From contig CAVYGM010000042.1 in the NCBI GenBank assembly GCA_963768025.1, forward strand, positions 142,589 to 206,588: a stretch of DNA of 64,000 nucleotides, read 5' to 3'. This document shows positions 38,506 to 47,846 of this stretch, one piece after another (the stretch's first letter is position 1; each line of letters starts with the position of its first letter). Source of the DNA: an uncultured Cytophagales bacterium. GTDB taxonomy: Bacteria > Bacteroidota > Bacteroidia > Cytophagales > Spirosomataceae. The position numbers and the translations under genes are program-made. Below the pieces are notes generated by a model. That model had not been told where the DNA came from. It did not search any database and saw only the letters and a list, made by a program, of their open reading frames with translations.

Positions 38506-39021
38506 TCAGAGTACCTTCTGCATGATATAGTCGGTTTGCGGATCGGTGCCGAGCAGGAATGTGGCGCTCCCGGTGATGGTGAAGCCGATTTTTTCGTAAA
38601 AACGTACGGCGCGGGGATTCTGAGGCCACACGCCGAGCCACACGAGTCCGTACCCTTGTTCGCGAATCCAGTCCAGGCAGCGCTGCATAAATACCAGGGC
38701 CAAGCCCTGACCTTGAAAAGGGCCATCCAGGTAAAAACGGGCGATTTCTACCGCCGAGGAGGTGGACGTACCGAAAGGGGGCTTGTTAAGGGTCAGCTTG
38801 GTGTAGGCGGCCATGGTTTCGTCGATGCGGGCAATCAGATAACAAGTTTCTTCCCGCTGGAAATCAAGCCTGAAATTCTCGACCGAGAACGCCTCCTCGC
38901 AGTACAAGGCCATGTTTTCCGGGGTATTTTGAGCCGAATACGTTTCTATGAAAAGCCTTTGGCCAAATACCCGCAGCGGTTCTTCATCGGCTTGGGTGGC
39001 CACATAAAATGAAAAATGCAT
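38506..39021 (-). CDS. GNAT-family N-acetyltransferase
   Basis: Acetyl-CoA binding motif region (…QGQGLALVFMQRCLDWIREQGY…) and the GNAT fold length. Confidence 0.8.
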   Translation of the reverse strand: MHFSFYVATQADEEPLRVFGQRLFIETYSAQNTPENMALYCEEAFSVENFRLDFQREETCYLIARIDETMAAYTKLTLNKPPFGTSTSSAVEIARFYLDGPFQGQGLALVFMQRCLDWIREQGYGLVWLGVWPQNPRAVRFYEKIGFTITGSATFLLGTDPQTDYIMQKVL

Positions 39022-39205
39022 ATACTTCGTTAGATTTACACCCTACTTCCTGTCTCACGAAACGCACTGAGCTTCATCAAAATAGGCTCAGCGAGCGTAA
39101 GACTTACACAAAGATAAGAACCCTAGGGGGGATTTTAGTGTTTTTTCAGAAGGGGTTCAAAGCCCGAATGCCGTTCTGGCAGCTATCCATCAAACGAAGA
39201 AGACT

Positions 39206-39715
39206 ATGTATTTACATTTTGACGAAATCAGTTTTGACGCCCGCCTGTGGATTTACCAGGCCGACCGTCTGCTTACCGATCAGGAGGTGAGCCTCATTAC
39301 GCAGGTACTTACTGCGGCCATTGATGGCTGGGAAGCGCATAATCATCAGCTACTGGCCTCCGCCAAAGTTTTTCACCACCGTTTTGTGATCATCGCCGTA
39401 GATGAGGCGCATGAGCTACCCAGCGGGTGCTCCATCGACAAATCGGTGCATTGGCTGCAGGAACTCGGCCAACGGCTGGGCGTAGACTTTTTTGACCGCT
39501 CGGTGGTGTACCAGGATGATGCCGGTGGGGTGCACACCCTGCCCGTTTCGGCGGTGAAGCAGGCAGTAGCCAACGAGGAGATAGGCTCGGGTACGCTGGT
39601 GTTTGATAATCTGGTCGCTACCAAAGCGCAGTGGATGAAACGCTGGAAAGTACCCGCCGACCGTACCTGGATCAAACGGTACTTTAAGGAGGAAGCAACC
39701 CAGAAATCGCTTTGA
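39206..39715 (+). CDS. Conserved hypothetical protein (Bacteroidota family, often mislabelled 'ABC transporter ATPase')
   Basis: 169-aa intact ORF (MYLHFDEISFDARLWIYQADR…). No Walker motifs. Confidence 0.45.
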   Translation: MYLHFDEISFDARLWIYQADRLLTDQEVSLITQVLTAAIDGWEAHNHQLLASAKVFHHRFVIIAVDEAHELPSGCSIDKSVHWLQELGQRLGVDFFDRSVVYQDDAGGVHTLPVSAVKQAVANEEIGSGTLVFDNLVATKAQWMKRWKVPADRTWIKRYFKEEATQKSL

Positions 39716-39819
39716 CCAGGCCACAGGCAGCGCCAGGACTACTCACTCAACCAGATTCCAAAGGATTTTGAAAGGTAAACTAAGCCTCTTAGTTTTGCTA
39801 CGTACTTTATAGAACCTGA

Positions 39820-40305
39820 ATGAAAACCATAAAACTGATTGCGCTTCTGGCTGTACTGCTGTTTGGAATAAGCTGCGACCAAAATACCCTGTACAAGGCT
39901 TACGAAGACATAGACGACGGACAGTGGTACGTCGATAAGGAGTTTTCTTTTCAGTTTGAGGTAGGTGACACCACTCAGGCCTATACCCTATACTACCTGA
40001 TCCGGAACGCCCAGCAGTATCCGTATTACAATTTGTACCTCAACCGGGAGATGACAGGGCCCGACGGCAACCTGATGATGACACGGCTGGAAGAAATGTA
40101 TCTGTCGGATCAAACCACCGGCAAACCCCGTGGCAGCGGACTGGGCGACTTATTTGATCATAAAATTAGATTTATGAAAAACTATCGTTTTCCACAAGCC
40201 GGAAAGTATACCATCACCATAGCTCAATCCATGCGGCAAAACCCCCTCCCGCACATTCTGGGGGTAGGTCTGAGTATAGAAAAAGTCCAACCCGCTACTC
40301 TTTAA
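39820..40305 (+). CDS. gldH: Gliding-motility lipoprotein GldH homologue
   Basis: Lipoprotein signal (…LLFGISC) and a …AQQYPYYNLYLNREM… core resembling GldH of Flavobacterium. Size is about 160 aa. Confidence 0.65.
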   Translation: MKTIKLIALLAVLLFGISCDQNTLYKAYEDIDDGQWYVDKEFSFQFEVGDTTQAYTLYYLIRNAQQYPYYNLYLNREMTGPDGNLMMTRLEEMYLSDQTTGKPRGSGLGDLFDHKIRFMKNYRFPQAGKYTITIAQSMRQNPLPHILGVGLSIEKVQPATL

Positions 40306-40317
40306 AGATTTTTAGTT

Positions 40318-40947
40318 ATGTCCGTTTTTTTGCCTTTTTTCCCCCTGAATCTTGTTGTATACCCGGGTGAAAAGCTGAACCTTCACATTTTTGAGGAGCG
40401 CTACCGTCAGCTCATAAATGAGTGCCTCGAAACCGGAAAATCGTTCGGAATTCCGACTTTTCTGGATAACCGCCTGCCGGGCTGCGGCACCGAGGTGAAG
40501 GTGACGGCCCTCCACGAGCGCCATGCTGACGGTACGATGGATGTCTCCACCGAAGGGCTTTATGTTTTCAAAATAGAAACATTCGATAACCCCGTACCTG
40601 ATAAGCTGTACGCCGGGGGTGAGGTGGCCTACCTCACCGAAGATACCGACCTGATCAGGCCCCTTCCCCAGCTCATCGAGCTTTTGGAAAGCCTATACGG
40701 CCTGCTCACGACGGCCGTGGAATACAACGTAGAAAAATCTCCTTTTTCTTTTCAGGTAGCCCACAAAGCCGGGCTGTCCCTGGACGACGAGTACGCCCTG
40801 CTTACCATGAAGCGGGAAAGCGCCCGCCAGCAGTTTTTGATACAGCACCTCCTGAAAGTAATCCCGGTGGTGAGGGAAATGGAACAGACCAAGGACCGGA
40901 TCCGGATGAATGGTCACTTTAAGAATCTTGATCCGCTGGACTTTTAG
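40318..40947 (+). CDS. LON substrate-binding (Lon N-terminal) domain protein
   Basis: Classic …LPFFPLNLVVYPGEKLNLHIFEERYRQLI… start of the LON N-domain. No ATPase or protease domains. Confidence 0.75.
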   Translation: MSVFLPFFPLNLVVYPGEKLNLHIFEERYRQLINECLETGKSFGIPTFLDNRLPGCGTEVKVTALHERHADGTMDVSTEGLYVFKIETFDNPVPDKLYAGGEVAYLTEDTDLIRPLPQLIELLESLYGLLTTAVEYNVEKSPFSFQVAHKAGLSLDDEYALLTMKRESARQQFLIQHLLKVIPVVREMEQTKDRIRMNGHFKNLDPLDF

Positions 40948-42313
40948 TCGTCGCTTCCCCCTCTGCCTTTGAACCTGGCTTCTTACGGCGGCGCGACGGG
41001 CGGCGCCGTTTTTTGGCTTCCAAGGCCTCCTGGCTTGTGCCTTCGACTGACGCCTCTTTACGTTCCAGGGGCACGGCTACGGAGTCTGCAAGAGCAGGAG
41101 TAGGGCGGGACTCATCCCGCGCTGGCTTTGGTTTTCGGGGCGGACGCTTCGCGGAAGATCGACGGCTACTATCAAACGTTTCCTGGTCCCGCTGGAAGCC
41201 CGGATGTCGCTCTACCGCTTTTTCTTCGGCAACCTCTTTCCCTGGTTCGCCCAGCAGGAAGCCATACGGTTCGAGGGTCGAACTAGCATCCAGGATTACC
41301 TTCAAAATAGCCGTAATCGGCAAGGCCAAAATCAGCCCCGGTAGCCCCCACAACTGACCGCCCAACAACAGCATCACGATAGCGGCCAGCGGATTGACAC
41401 TCACTTTGGAGCCTACGATATTGGGTGTTATAAAATTACCCTCCAAAAACTGCACAAAGCTCATCACGCCAATTACGCCCAACGCCGACCAGGGAGAATC
41501 TTCGGTAATAATGCTCATCAAAGCAGGAAAAAGCGATCCTATCAGGATACCTATGTACGGAATGAGGATAAGGAAGGCGGCGAGGAAGCCGAAGAAAACC
41601 GCGTAGTCTATTCCCAGAATAAGCAGGCCGATGGTGTTGAGAATACCTACGATCAAAATCACCAGCAGCAGACCGGCCATGTAGCTCTGGATCACCTCGT
41701 ATATCTTGTTCAGGATCTTGTCTATCCTGACGTTCGGGACTTTGTAAAAGGCCTTGTGTACAAACCGACGGAAGAAATCGCGGTAGAGCAGGAAGAAAAA
41801 CACGTAGAGCGGTACCAGCGTGGCTGTGGTGAGGGTACCGGTGGTGGCTACCAGTGTACCCAATAATAGGGCGCGACTGTCGCTTAGCGCAGTGACAAGG
41901 TACCCTTTCGCCCGGCTTACCTGTTCGCTACGGCTTACATTGAAGTAGCGTTCTCCCATGGAAGTGAGTTGTTCCAGCAGCGCTTCGGCTTTTTGGGTGA
42001 TGCGGGGCAGTTCGTCGGCAAAGCTTGCTACCTGAACGGACACCAGGTAGATCAATACGGCTATGACAACGATGAACAGGAGGATGCTGAGGGTAATGGC
42101 CAGTAACCGGGGAAGCTTCCAGCGTTCCAGCCGCTCACAAACGGGATGCAGTAAAATTGAAATCAGGACCGCGAATAACAGGGGAATGAGCGTCTCTTTT
42201 AACGCGTGCAGGATAAATATACCAGCAATGAGGGAAACCAGAATAGCGGCTAACTTAAAGTATCCTGGTGTTTGATTACCTTTGCTTGGTACAGCCCCGG
42301 AAGAAAAATTCAT
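40919..42313 (-). CDS. AI-2E family transporter (PerM-like permease) with a long basic low-complexity C-terminal tail
   Basis: Eight predicted TM helices, the AI-2E conserved core, and a K/R/P/E-rich tail of about 120 aa. Confidence 0.8.
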   Translation of the reverse strand: MNFSSGAVPSKGNQTPGYFKLAAILVSLIAGIFILHALKETLIPLLFAVLISILLHPVCERLERWKLPRLLAITLSILLFIVVIAVLIYLVSVQVASFADELPRITQKAEALLEQLTSMGERYFNVSRSEQVSRAKGYLVTALSDSRALLLGTLVATTGTLTTATLVPLYVFFFLLYRDFFRRFVHKAFYKVPNVRIDKILNKIYEVIQSYMAGLLLVILIVGILNTIGLLILGIDYAVFFGFLAAFLILIPYIGILIGSLFPALMSIITEDSPWSALGVIGVMSFVQFLEGNFITPNIVGSKVSVNPLAAIVMLLLGGQLWGLPGLILALPITAILKVILDASSTLEPYGFLLGEPGKEVAEEKAVERHPGFQRDQETFDSSRRSSAKRPPRKPKPARDESRPTPALADSVAVPLERKEASVEGTSQEALEAKKRRRPSRRRKKPGSKAEGEATTKSPADQDS

Positions 42314-43154
42314 GATAAAGTTTGTTTATATATGGTTGGCATTAAAAGTGGTACTTTGTGGCTGTCAGCCCGATCGGCGGCAAAATGGCTTTACAAAAGC
42401 GCGATCTGATTACAAAGTTAGCAAAATAGGCAGGCTTCCCGCGCTTGCAAACGAAAGTTCAGGCCTGGCACGTAACGGGGAGCACCAAACGCTGTGGACC
42501 CACAACGACAGCGGAGGCCGACCCGAACTCTTCGAAATTGATTACGAGGGGAATCTGCTCTCCACGCTGATTGTACCCAACGCCCAAAATACGGACTGGG
42601 AAGACCTGGCCCAAAGTCCTGACGGTACTCTCTACATAGGGGACATGGGAAACAACGGCAACAACCGGCAGGATCTGACGATCTACCCCTTATCCCCGAC
42701 GCAGAAGAGCCTCCCTCCCATTACGTTTCGCTACGCCGATCAAACGGCCCTTCCGCCCCCGTCAAGTGCTTTTAACTTCGATTGTGAGGCTTTTTTTTAC
42801 TATAAAGACACACTTTATCTTTTCTCGAAAAATCGGGGAAAGAAGGACTTGCTGGTAAAACTATACGGGCTTCCAGCCCGTCCCGGCGACTACACGATCC
42901 CGGTAAAAGACAGTATATTCATCAATAGTCCCGTTACCGCCGCTGACGTTAACCCCTCCGGGACCACTTTTGCGCTGCTGACGTACGGAAAAATCCTTTT
43001 GTTCGGAATTGAAAACGGAAAGATAAACTTTGATCATCCCAAAGATTGTATCAAGATTGGGAAAGGGCAGGAAGAAGCGCTCGTATTCGTGAATGATACC
43101 GATTTGATCCTCTCGAACGAACAGCGGGGCCTGTATCTGGTCAAGCATAAGTAG
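42312..43154 (+). CDS. Lipoprotein of the SdiA-regulated / beta-propeller type (ESSGL motif)
   Basis: ATG at 42312. Lipobox …VLCGC. An …ANESSGLARNG… motif as in PF06977-like proteins. Confidence 0.45.
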   Translation: MIKFVYIWLALKVVLCGCQPDRRQNGFTKARSDYKVSKIGRLPALANESSGLARNGEHQTLWTHNDSGGRPELFEIDYEGNLLSTLIVPNAQNTDWEDLAQSPDGTLYIGDMGNNGNNRQDLTIYPLSPTQKSLPPITFRYADQTALPPPSSAFNFDCEAFFYYKDTLYLFSKNRGKKDLLVKLYGLPARPGDYTIPVKDSIFINSPVTAADVNPSGTTFALLTYGKILLFGIENGKINFDHPKDCIKIGKGQEEALVFVNDTDLILSNEQRGLYLVKHK

Positions 43155-43420
43155 GTAGCTGTTAGCTGGCAGCTTCGCATGTATCTGATTGTAGTCAACT
43201 CCATACTTTCATTATGGGTAGGTACTTACAGCTTCATTTTGACAAAAAAGCCAACAAGCTACTGTTTCACAAAGCCTTATGAAGAGCTGGCCGCGATCTG
43301 TCAATAGCCATTAGCCGGTCGGATGATGTTAAATTTATGTTATTATTGTCTTTTGATTAATAATCAGACCTACACATCCGCTAATTTCGACTTTGAAATA
43401 ACCCAACTAACACTCACTCC

Positions 43421-44131
43421 ATGTGCGCCGCAAAAGCAACCCAGGTAGTCCAAAAAATACTCGTGGTTGATGATGATCCGGATATTGTTGAATTGCTTGA
43501 ATATAACCTTCAAAAGGAAGGCTACGAGGTAAGAACAGCTCCCGACGGAAAAAAAGGGCTGGAAATAGCCCGGGAAATGCGCCCCGATCTTATCGTGCTG
43601 GACATCATGATGCCTCAACTAGATGGCATCGAAACCGCCCGCATGATCCGCAACGACAGTGAGTTGCGGGATACCTACATCCTGTTCCTTACGGCCCGGT
43701 CGGAGGAGTACTCAGAAATAGCGGCCTTTGAAATAGGAGCGGACGATTACATTACCAAGCCCATCAAACCCAGGGCGCTGATGAGTCGCATTAATGCGCT
43801 ATTTCGGCGGGAAGCGCAAAAATCCGATACGGGCGAAGAACTCGACATTGCCGGCCTGTCCATTGACCGAAAAAACTATTCGGTTAAGCAGGATGAAAAA
43901 TCCATTATTCTGCCAAAAAAGGAATTCGAACTGCTGTTTTTTCTAGCCAGCAGTCCCAACAAAGTATTCAGCCGGGAGGAACTGCTCCACAAAATATGGG
44001 GCGCGGACATCTACGTACTGGAACGAACCGTGGACGTACACATCCGCAAGCTGCGCGAAAAACTAGGCGACGGCCTGATCAGAACCCTGAAAGGCGTGGG
44101 CTACATGTTTACCGACCAGCCCGAGCAATAG
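43421..44131 (+). CDS. OmpR/PhoB-type response regulator (REC + winged-helix)
   Basis: REC (…ILVVDDDPDIVELL…LDIMMPQLDG…) and a C-terminal trans_reg_C domain (…VHIRKLREKLGDGLIRTLKGVGYMF). Confidence 0.85.
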   Translation: MCAAKATQVVQKILVVDDDPDIVELLEYNLQKEGYEVRTAPDGKKGLEIAREMRPDLIVLDIMMPQLDGIETARMIRNDSELRDTYILFLTARSEEYSEIAAFEIGADDYITKPIKPRALMSRINALFRREAQKSDTGEELDIAGLSIDRKNYSVKQDEKSIILPKKEFELLFFLASSPNKVFSREELLHKIWGADIYVLERTVDVHIRKLREKLGDGLIRTLKGVGYMFTDQPEQ

Positions 44132-44146
44132 ATCTCGGCCGCTGAA

Positions 44147-44828
44147 TCAGGTTTTACTTTTACGACCTGCCTTGTAAGCATCGTATTCTTCCAGCAATTT
44201 TACAATATCGTTTTCGGTTTCAAAGTTTAATTGCTCTTCCTTGATCACGTATTGCATCAGGTTTTTTTCGTCATTCAGGATGTGCAGAAGATCCTTTCTG
44301 GCGTTTTTCTTCATGGGGTACATCCGGCCGTTCTTAAGCACATACAGCTCGTTGCCCATATCGAAGCTCTTGATCGTGGTAGCCGAGTTGTAGGGTCTTT
44401 CTTCCCGCATCCTCATTTCGTAGCGTTTGAGCAGCTTGGTGTTGCCATCGTGGAGCACCCGGTAAAAGCTCTTCTGGTTTTGATTCCCGGCGACCGGAAA
44501 CCCATTTCGAAAGATAAACAGATCCTTGCCCGTAGGGATGGCGAAGCCGCTGATCTCCGGGCCCAGCCGGTACATTTTTCCATCTTTTTCGTATTCCACT
44601 TCATCTTTGTAGGCATCGTACCGCATTTTGATACCATCCACCACCTTCCCCCCATTGGCCATCGTCACCGAGCCGGTGTACCAATCTTCGACCAGATAGG
44701 GGGTTCCTTCTACGTCGGTATATTGAATTTCGCTCACAACGCGCCCGTTGATGTCATACATGAATTGCGCCTGGGCGGAGGTCATCAGCCCAGACGGCAA
44801 CTAGCAAACTAGCTATGGTCTTTTTCAT
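44147..44828 (-). CDS. Secreted hypothetical protein; an N-terminal signal peptide is encoded in a different frame, implying a 1-nt indel near 44792
   Basis: ORF 44147-44800 begins …LMTSAQAQFMYD…. The upstream ATG at 44826-44828 encodes MKKTIASLLVAV, which joins as MKKTIASLLVAV|GLMTSAQAQ if one base is removed (gtcTggg). Confidence 0.5.
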
Positions 44829-44954
44829 AATGTAAGGTAATTAATAGGGGTAAGGTATCGTCTTGGTCACAACTACTGTACGCACGAATCTGATAGATGT
44901 ATGCGTGAACCTGTCATCTTTGCGTACTTTTGTTAAAAAAACTGTTCCACTGGT

Positions 44955-46418
44955 TTGCAACTGAACGAACAACTCCATCACATCAGCCAAAGCTTAACCG
45001 GAATTTTCCCCGAGTTGTTTCTGGCTGCCTTTTTATTGGTTTTTCTTCTGGCAGAGCTCCTGCTGCTCCGCTACAAAGCGGGTACCAACACAGACCGGTG
45101 GCTTTTTATACTTACCGGTGCCGCCGCCCTGCTGACGTTGGGTTTTGTACTGGGCCAATGGGACCAAAGCCCCTCTTTCCGTTTTCAGCCGATGCTGTTT
45201 TTGGATGGGAAGGCCGTGTTTTTCAAAGTCATCGTCATCATCGCCTGGCTTTTCACCTGGCTGCATATTCGGCTGCTCCGGTACCAATTCCCCGCTGAAT
45301 TGGGCGCGCTGCTCATCGCGGCGGTGCTGGGCATGCTGCTGCTCACCATGGCTACCCACTGGCTCATCGTCTACCTTGCGCTGGAGGTACTTTCCATTAG
45401 TTCATACCTGCTGGTGGCGCTGTCTCCTTCCAAAAAAGCCGCCGAAGGTGGTCTTAAATACCTGCTCTTCGGTGCCATCAGCTCGGCTATCATGCTCTAC
45501 GGCATTTCGCTCATGTACGGCCTTACGGGTACCCTCAGCCTTACCGATCCGGCCCTGCAGCAGGCCCTGGCCGCTAATTCACCCCTGGTCCTGAACGTGG
45601 CCATGCTCATGACACTGGGCGGATTGCTCTTCAAATTTTCCCTGGTGCCTTTCCACGTATGGACGCCCGACGTGTACGAAGCCTCCCCTACACCCATCGT
45701 GTCGTTTCTATCGGTTGCTCCCAAAGCTGCCGTTCTGCTGGTGCTGATGCGGGTGGCGAGCGCCTGGCCCGCCGAGTTGTTACCTTTACTTGGGGGCATA
45801 GCGCTGGTGAGCATTACCGTGGGGAACGTCACGGCCCTTTGGCAACAGAACGCCCGTCGCCTGCTGGCGTACTCTTCCATAGCGCAGGCAGGGTACCTGA
45901 TCGTGGGCGTGGTGGCGTTCAATAAGCTGGGTTTTGAAGGAGCTGCGTTTTATACAGCCGCCTACCTCCTGCTCAATATGGCCGCTTTCCTGCTGGTAGA
46001 TCTCCTACACCCCCGCTCAGAAACGCTGCTCTCCGACTACGCCGGATTGGGCAAAAAACATCCCTGGGTTTCTGTGATTCTGACGGTAGTGATGGTGGCC
46101 TTAGCCGGCCTGCCGCCTACGGTGGGTTTCACGGCCAAATGGCTCATTTTTTCGGCCTTGTGGGACAGCTACCAACAGGCAGGGCAATCCTGGATACTTT
46201 GGTTGCTGATCGGGGGAATTGTCAACGCGGCCATTTCGCTGGCGTATTACCTTCGGTTGCCGTACCTGCTTTTTTTCAAAAATACCGCCACCACACCAGC
46301 CACGCCCATCTACATGGTTTGGGGCCGGGTAATATCGGGTATTCTGCTGGCAGCGATTCTGTTGCTGTTCTTCAAGCCGGAGTTCCTGATGCAGTGGATC
46401 AGCGAGATGTCGCCCTAG
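44955..46418 (+). CDS. NuoN/NuoL-family proton-conducting membrane transporter subunit (PF00361-type), stand-alone
   Basis: 14 predicted TM helices with a conserved complex-I antiporter-like core (…SSIAQAGYLIVG…). There are no other nuo genes nearby. Confidence 0.7.
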   Translation: MQLNEQLHHISQSLTGIFPELFLAAFLLVFLLAELLLLRYKAGTNTDRWLFILTGAAALLTLGFVLGQWDQSPSFRFQPMLFLDGKAVFFKVIVIIAWLFTWLHIRLLRYQFPAELGALLIAAVLGMLLLTMATHWLIVYLALEVLSISSYLLVALSPSKKAAEGGLKYLLFGAISSAIMLYGISLMYGLTGTLSLTDPALQQALAANSPLVLNVAMLMTLGGLLFKFSLVPFHVWTPDVYEASPTPIVSFLSVAPKAAVLLVLMRVASAWPAELLPLLGGIALVSITVGNVTALWQQNARRLLAYSSIAQAGYLIVGVVAFNKLGFEGAAFYTAAYLLLNMAAFLLVDLLHPRSETLLSDYAGLGKKHPWVSVILTVVMVALAGLPPTVGFTAKWLIFSALWDSYQQAGQSWILWLLIGGIVNAAISLAYYLRLPYLLFFKNTATTPATPIYMVWGRVISGILLAAILLLFFKPEFLMQWISEMSP

Positions 46419-46508
46419 TGGGTACTTGGTTATCCTTCACTTTTAGAAGCTGTTTGTACAGGTAGGTACCTACGCGGATTCTGCTTTCGCGCCTGAGCGA
46501 TTATTTTC

Positions 46509-47378
46509 TCAAAAGATAGGCGAAAGCGTATACCCCTGCTTCCGCAAAAGGGCGATCACTCCCTTCTCACCGGCCAAATGCGCCGCACCGACGGCAATGA
46601 AGGTGGGTTTGTCGGCAATTTGTTTTTGAATAATCGGTATCCACTTCCGGTTGCGTTCGTAGAGCAGTACTTCCTGTTGATTTTCCAGATCGAACTCACT
46701 TTTCAGCGTCATAGCGTAGAGTCCCTGTAAATTTTGCTGTTTGTACAGCGCTATCATCGTTCCGAATTCGCGTCGGGCCTCCGGCAGGCTATCCATCAGA
46801 TTAACTACCATTTTGGCCTGCTCGGCGTAGGGAATGGAGTCAAACACCGCCAGCTGCTCCTCCACCGTTTCTAGCCCCAGTACCTCGGCCTGCTGCTGTT
46901 TGGCCAGGTTCATTAGTGCAAGTTCGTACGATTGAGGCTGACAGCTAAGCACTTGGCTGAGCAGGATGCTCATGAGCATAAACGGCTTGGCGCGTTCGAA
47001 AGGGCCGATGTTCATCCCGACGGAATCTTTGAAGTAGGCGGTTAAGCGAGCGTAGTCGGGAGCGCTCACCAGTTCTTTCAGCTGCTTGTTATTCTGCATC
47101 ATCATGCCCCTGGCCATGGACATCATCATTCCCGGGTCATCCATGTCCAATTCGAGTGTAAGTTGCTGGGTTTGTTTCAGACTGGCTTTGAGGGTATCGC
47201 TCAGCACAAAGTCCGCAGGGCAGATCAGGTGAATAGTACCGTATAGATACGAGGGTTTGGGTATATTATTCCCCTCTATTTTCCAAAGTAGAGACGACTG
47301 CACGGGTGCCTGTGCATAGGTGTACCCAAATGCCAGCATCAGCACTATACATAGGTAGGACGGGTAAAGTTTTCGCAT
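46509..47378 (-). CDS. TraB/GumN-family protein (secreted)
   Basis: Signal peptide and the TraB/GumN conserved blocks (…LWKIEGNN…YLYGTIHL…, …FIAVGAAHLAGEKGV…). Confidence 0.75.
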   Translation of the reverse strand: MRKLYPSYLCIVLMLAFGYTYAQAPVQSSLLWKIEGNNIPKPSYLYGTIHLICPADFVLSDTLKASLKQTQQLTLELDMDDPGMMMSMARGMMMQNNKQLKELVSAPDYARLTAYFKDSVGMNIGPFERAKPFMLMSILLSQVLSCQPQSYELALMNLAKQQQAEVLGLETVEEQLAVFDSIPYAEQAKMVVNLMDSLPEARREFGTMIALYKQQNLQGLYAMTLKSEFDLENQQEVLLYERNRKWIPIIQKQIADKPTFIAVGAAHLAGEKGVIALLRKQGYTLSPIF

Positions 47379-47846
47379 GGCGGCTTTCGGTAGGTTCTAT
47401 TTCTAAACGTCTTGGCTGGGTAAATGAGGGTAATGAAATCCGAAAATACTTGAATAACAGCAGAAAGTACCAGGAGGTTTTATTTCCGACAAGCCCTGGC
47501 CTGCGGCCAGCGGCCTAAACTACCCGAAAAAAGAGCTTACGAGTAGCCAGCAAGAGGCATCCGTACATTCTTCTGCCATTTTTAAAATTAGTTTTTGAAA
47601 AATTGGAAAATACTGAAACCCTCATGAAATCGTTTTCCAAAGGGGTACTTTGGCGGTAGTCTGGTACCATTTTTTACGAAAATATTTTGAAGGTTGTTTC
47701 TGGACACTCCCCAAATGAATTAGTACCTTTGAGTATTCTTTTTCGAACTAAATAGAATTCGGAATAGTTTAGGAAGTGTCAAATAGCACAGAAAGTTTTG
47801 CAACAAGCTGACTATCAATTTTAATTTATAACACTTTCATCTTCTC

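Noticed and set aside
44955-46418. A DabA/DabB CO2-uptake pair.
   Set aside because: No DUF2309/DabA gene is adjacent, and flanking genes are unrelated. I keep this only as an open question.
47379-47846. A riboswitch upstream of purF.
   Set aside because: The 470-bp leader is AT-rich with only a short GC palindrome. I recognise no purine, THF or ZTP riboswitch consensus, and I cannot exclude one without a covariance-model scan (Rfam/Infernal).
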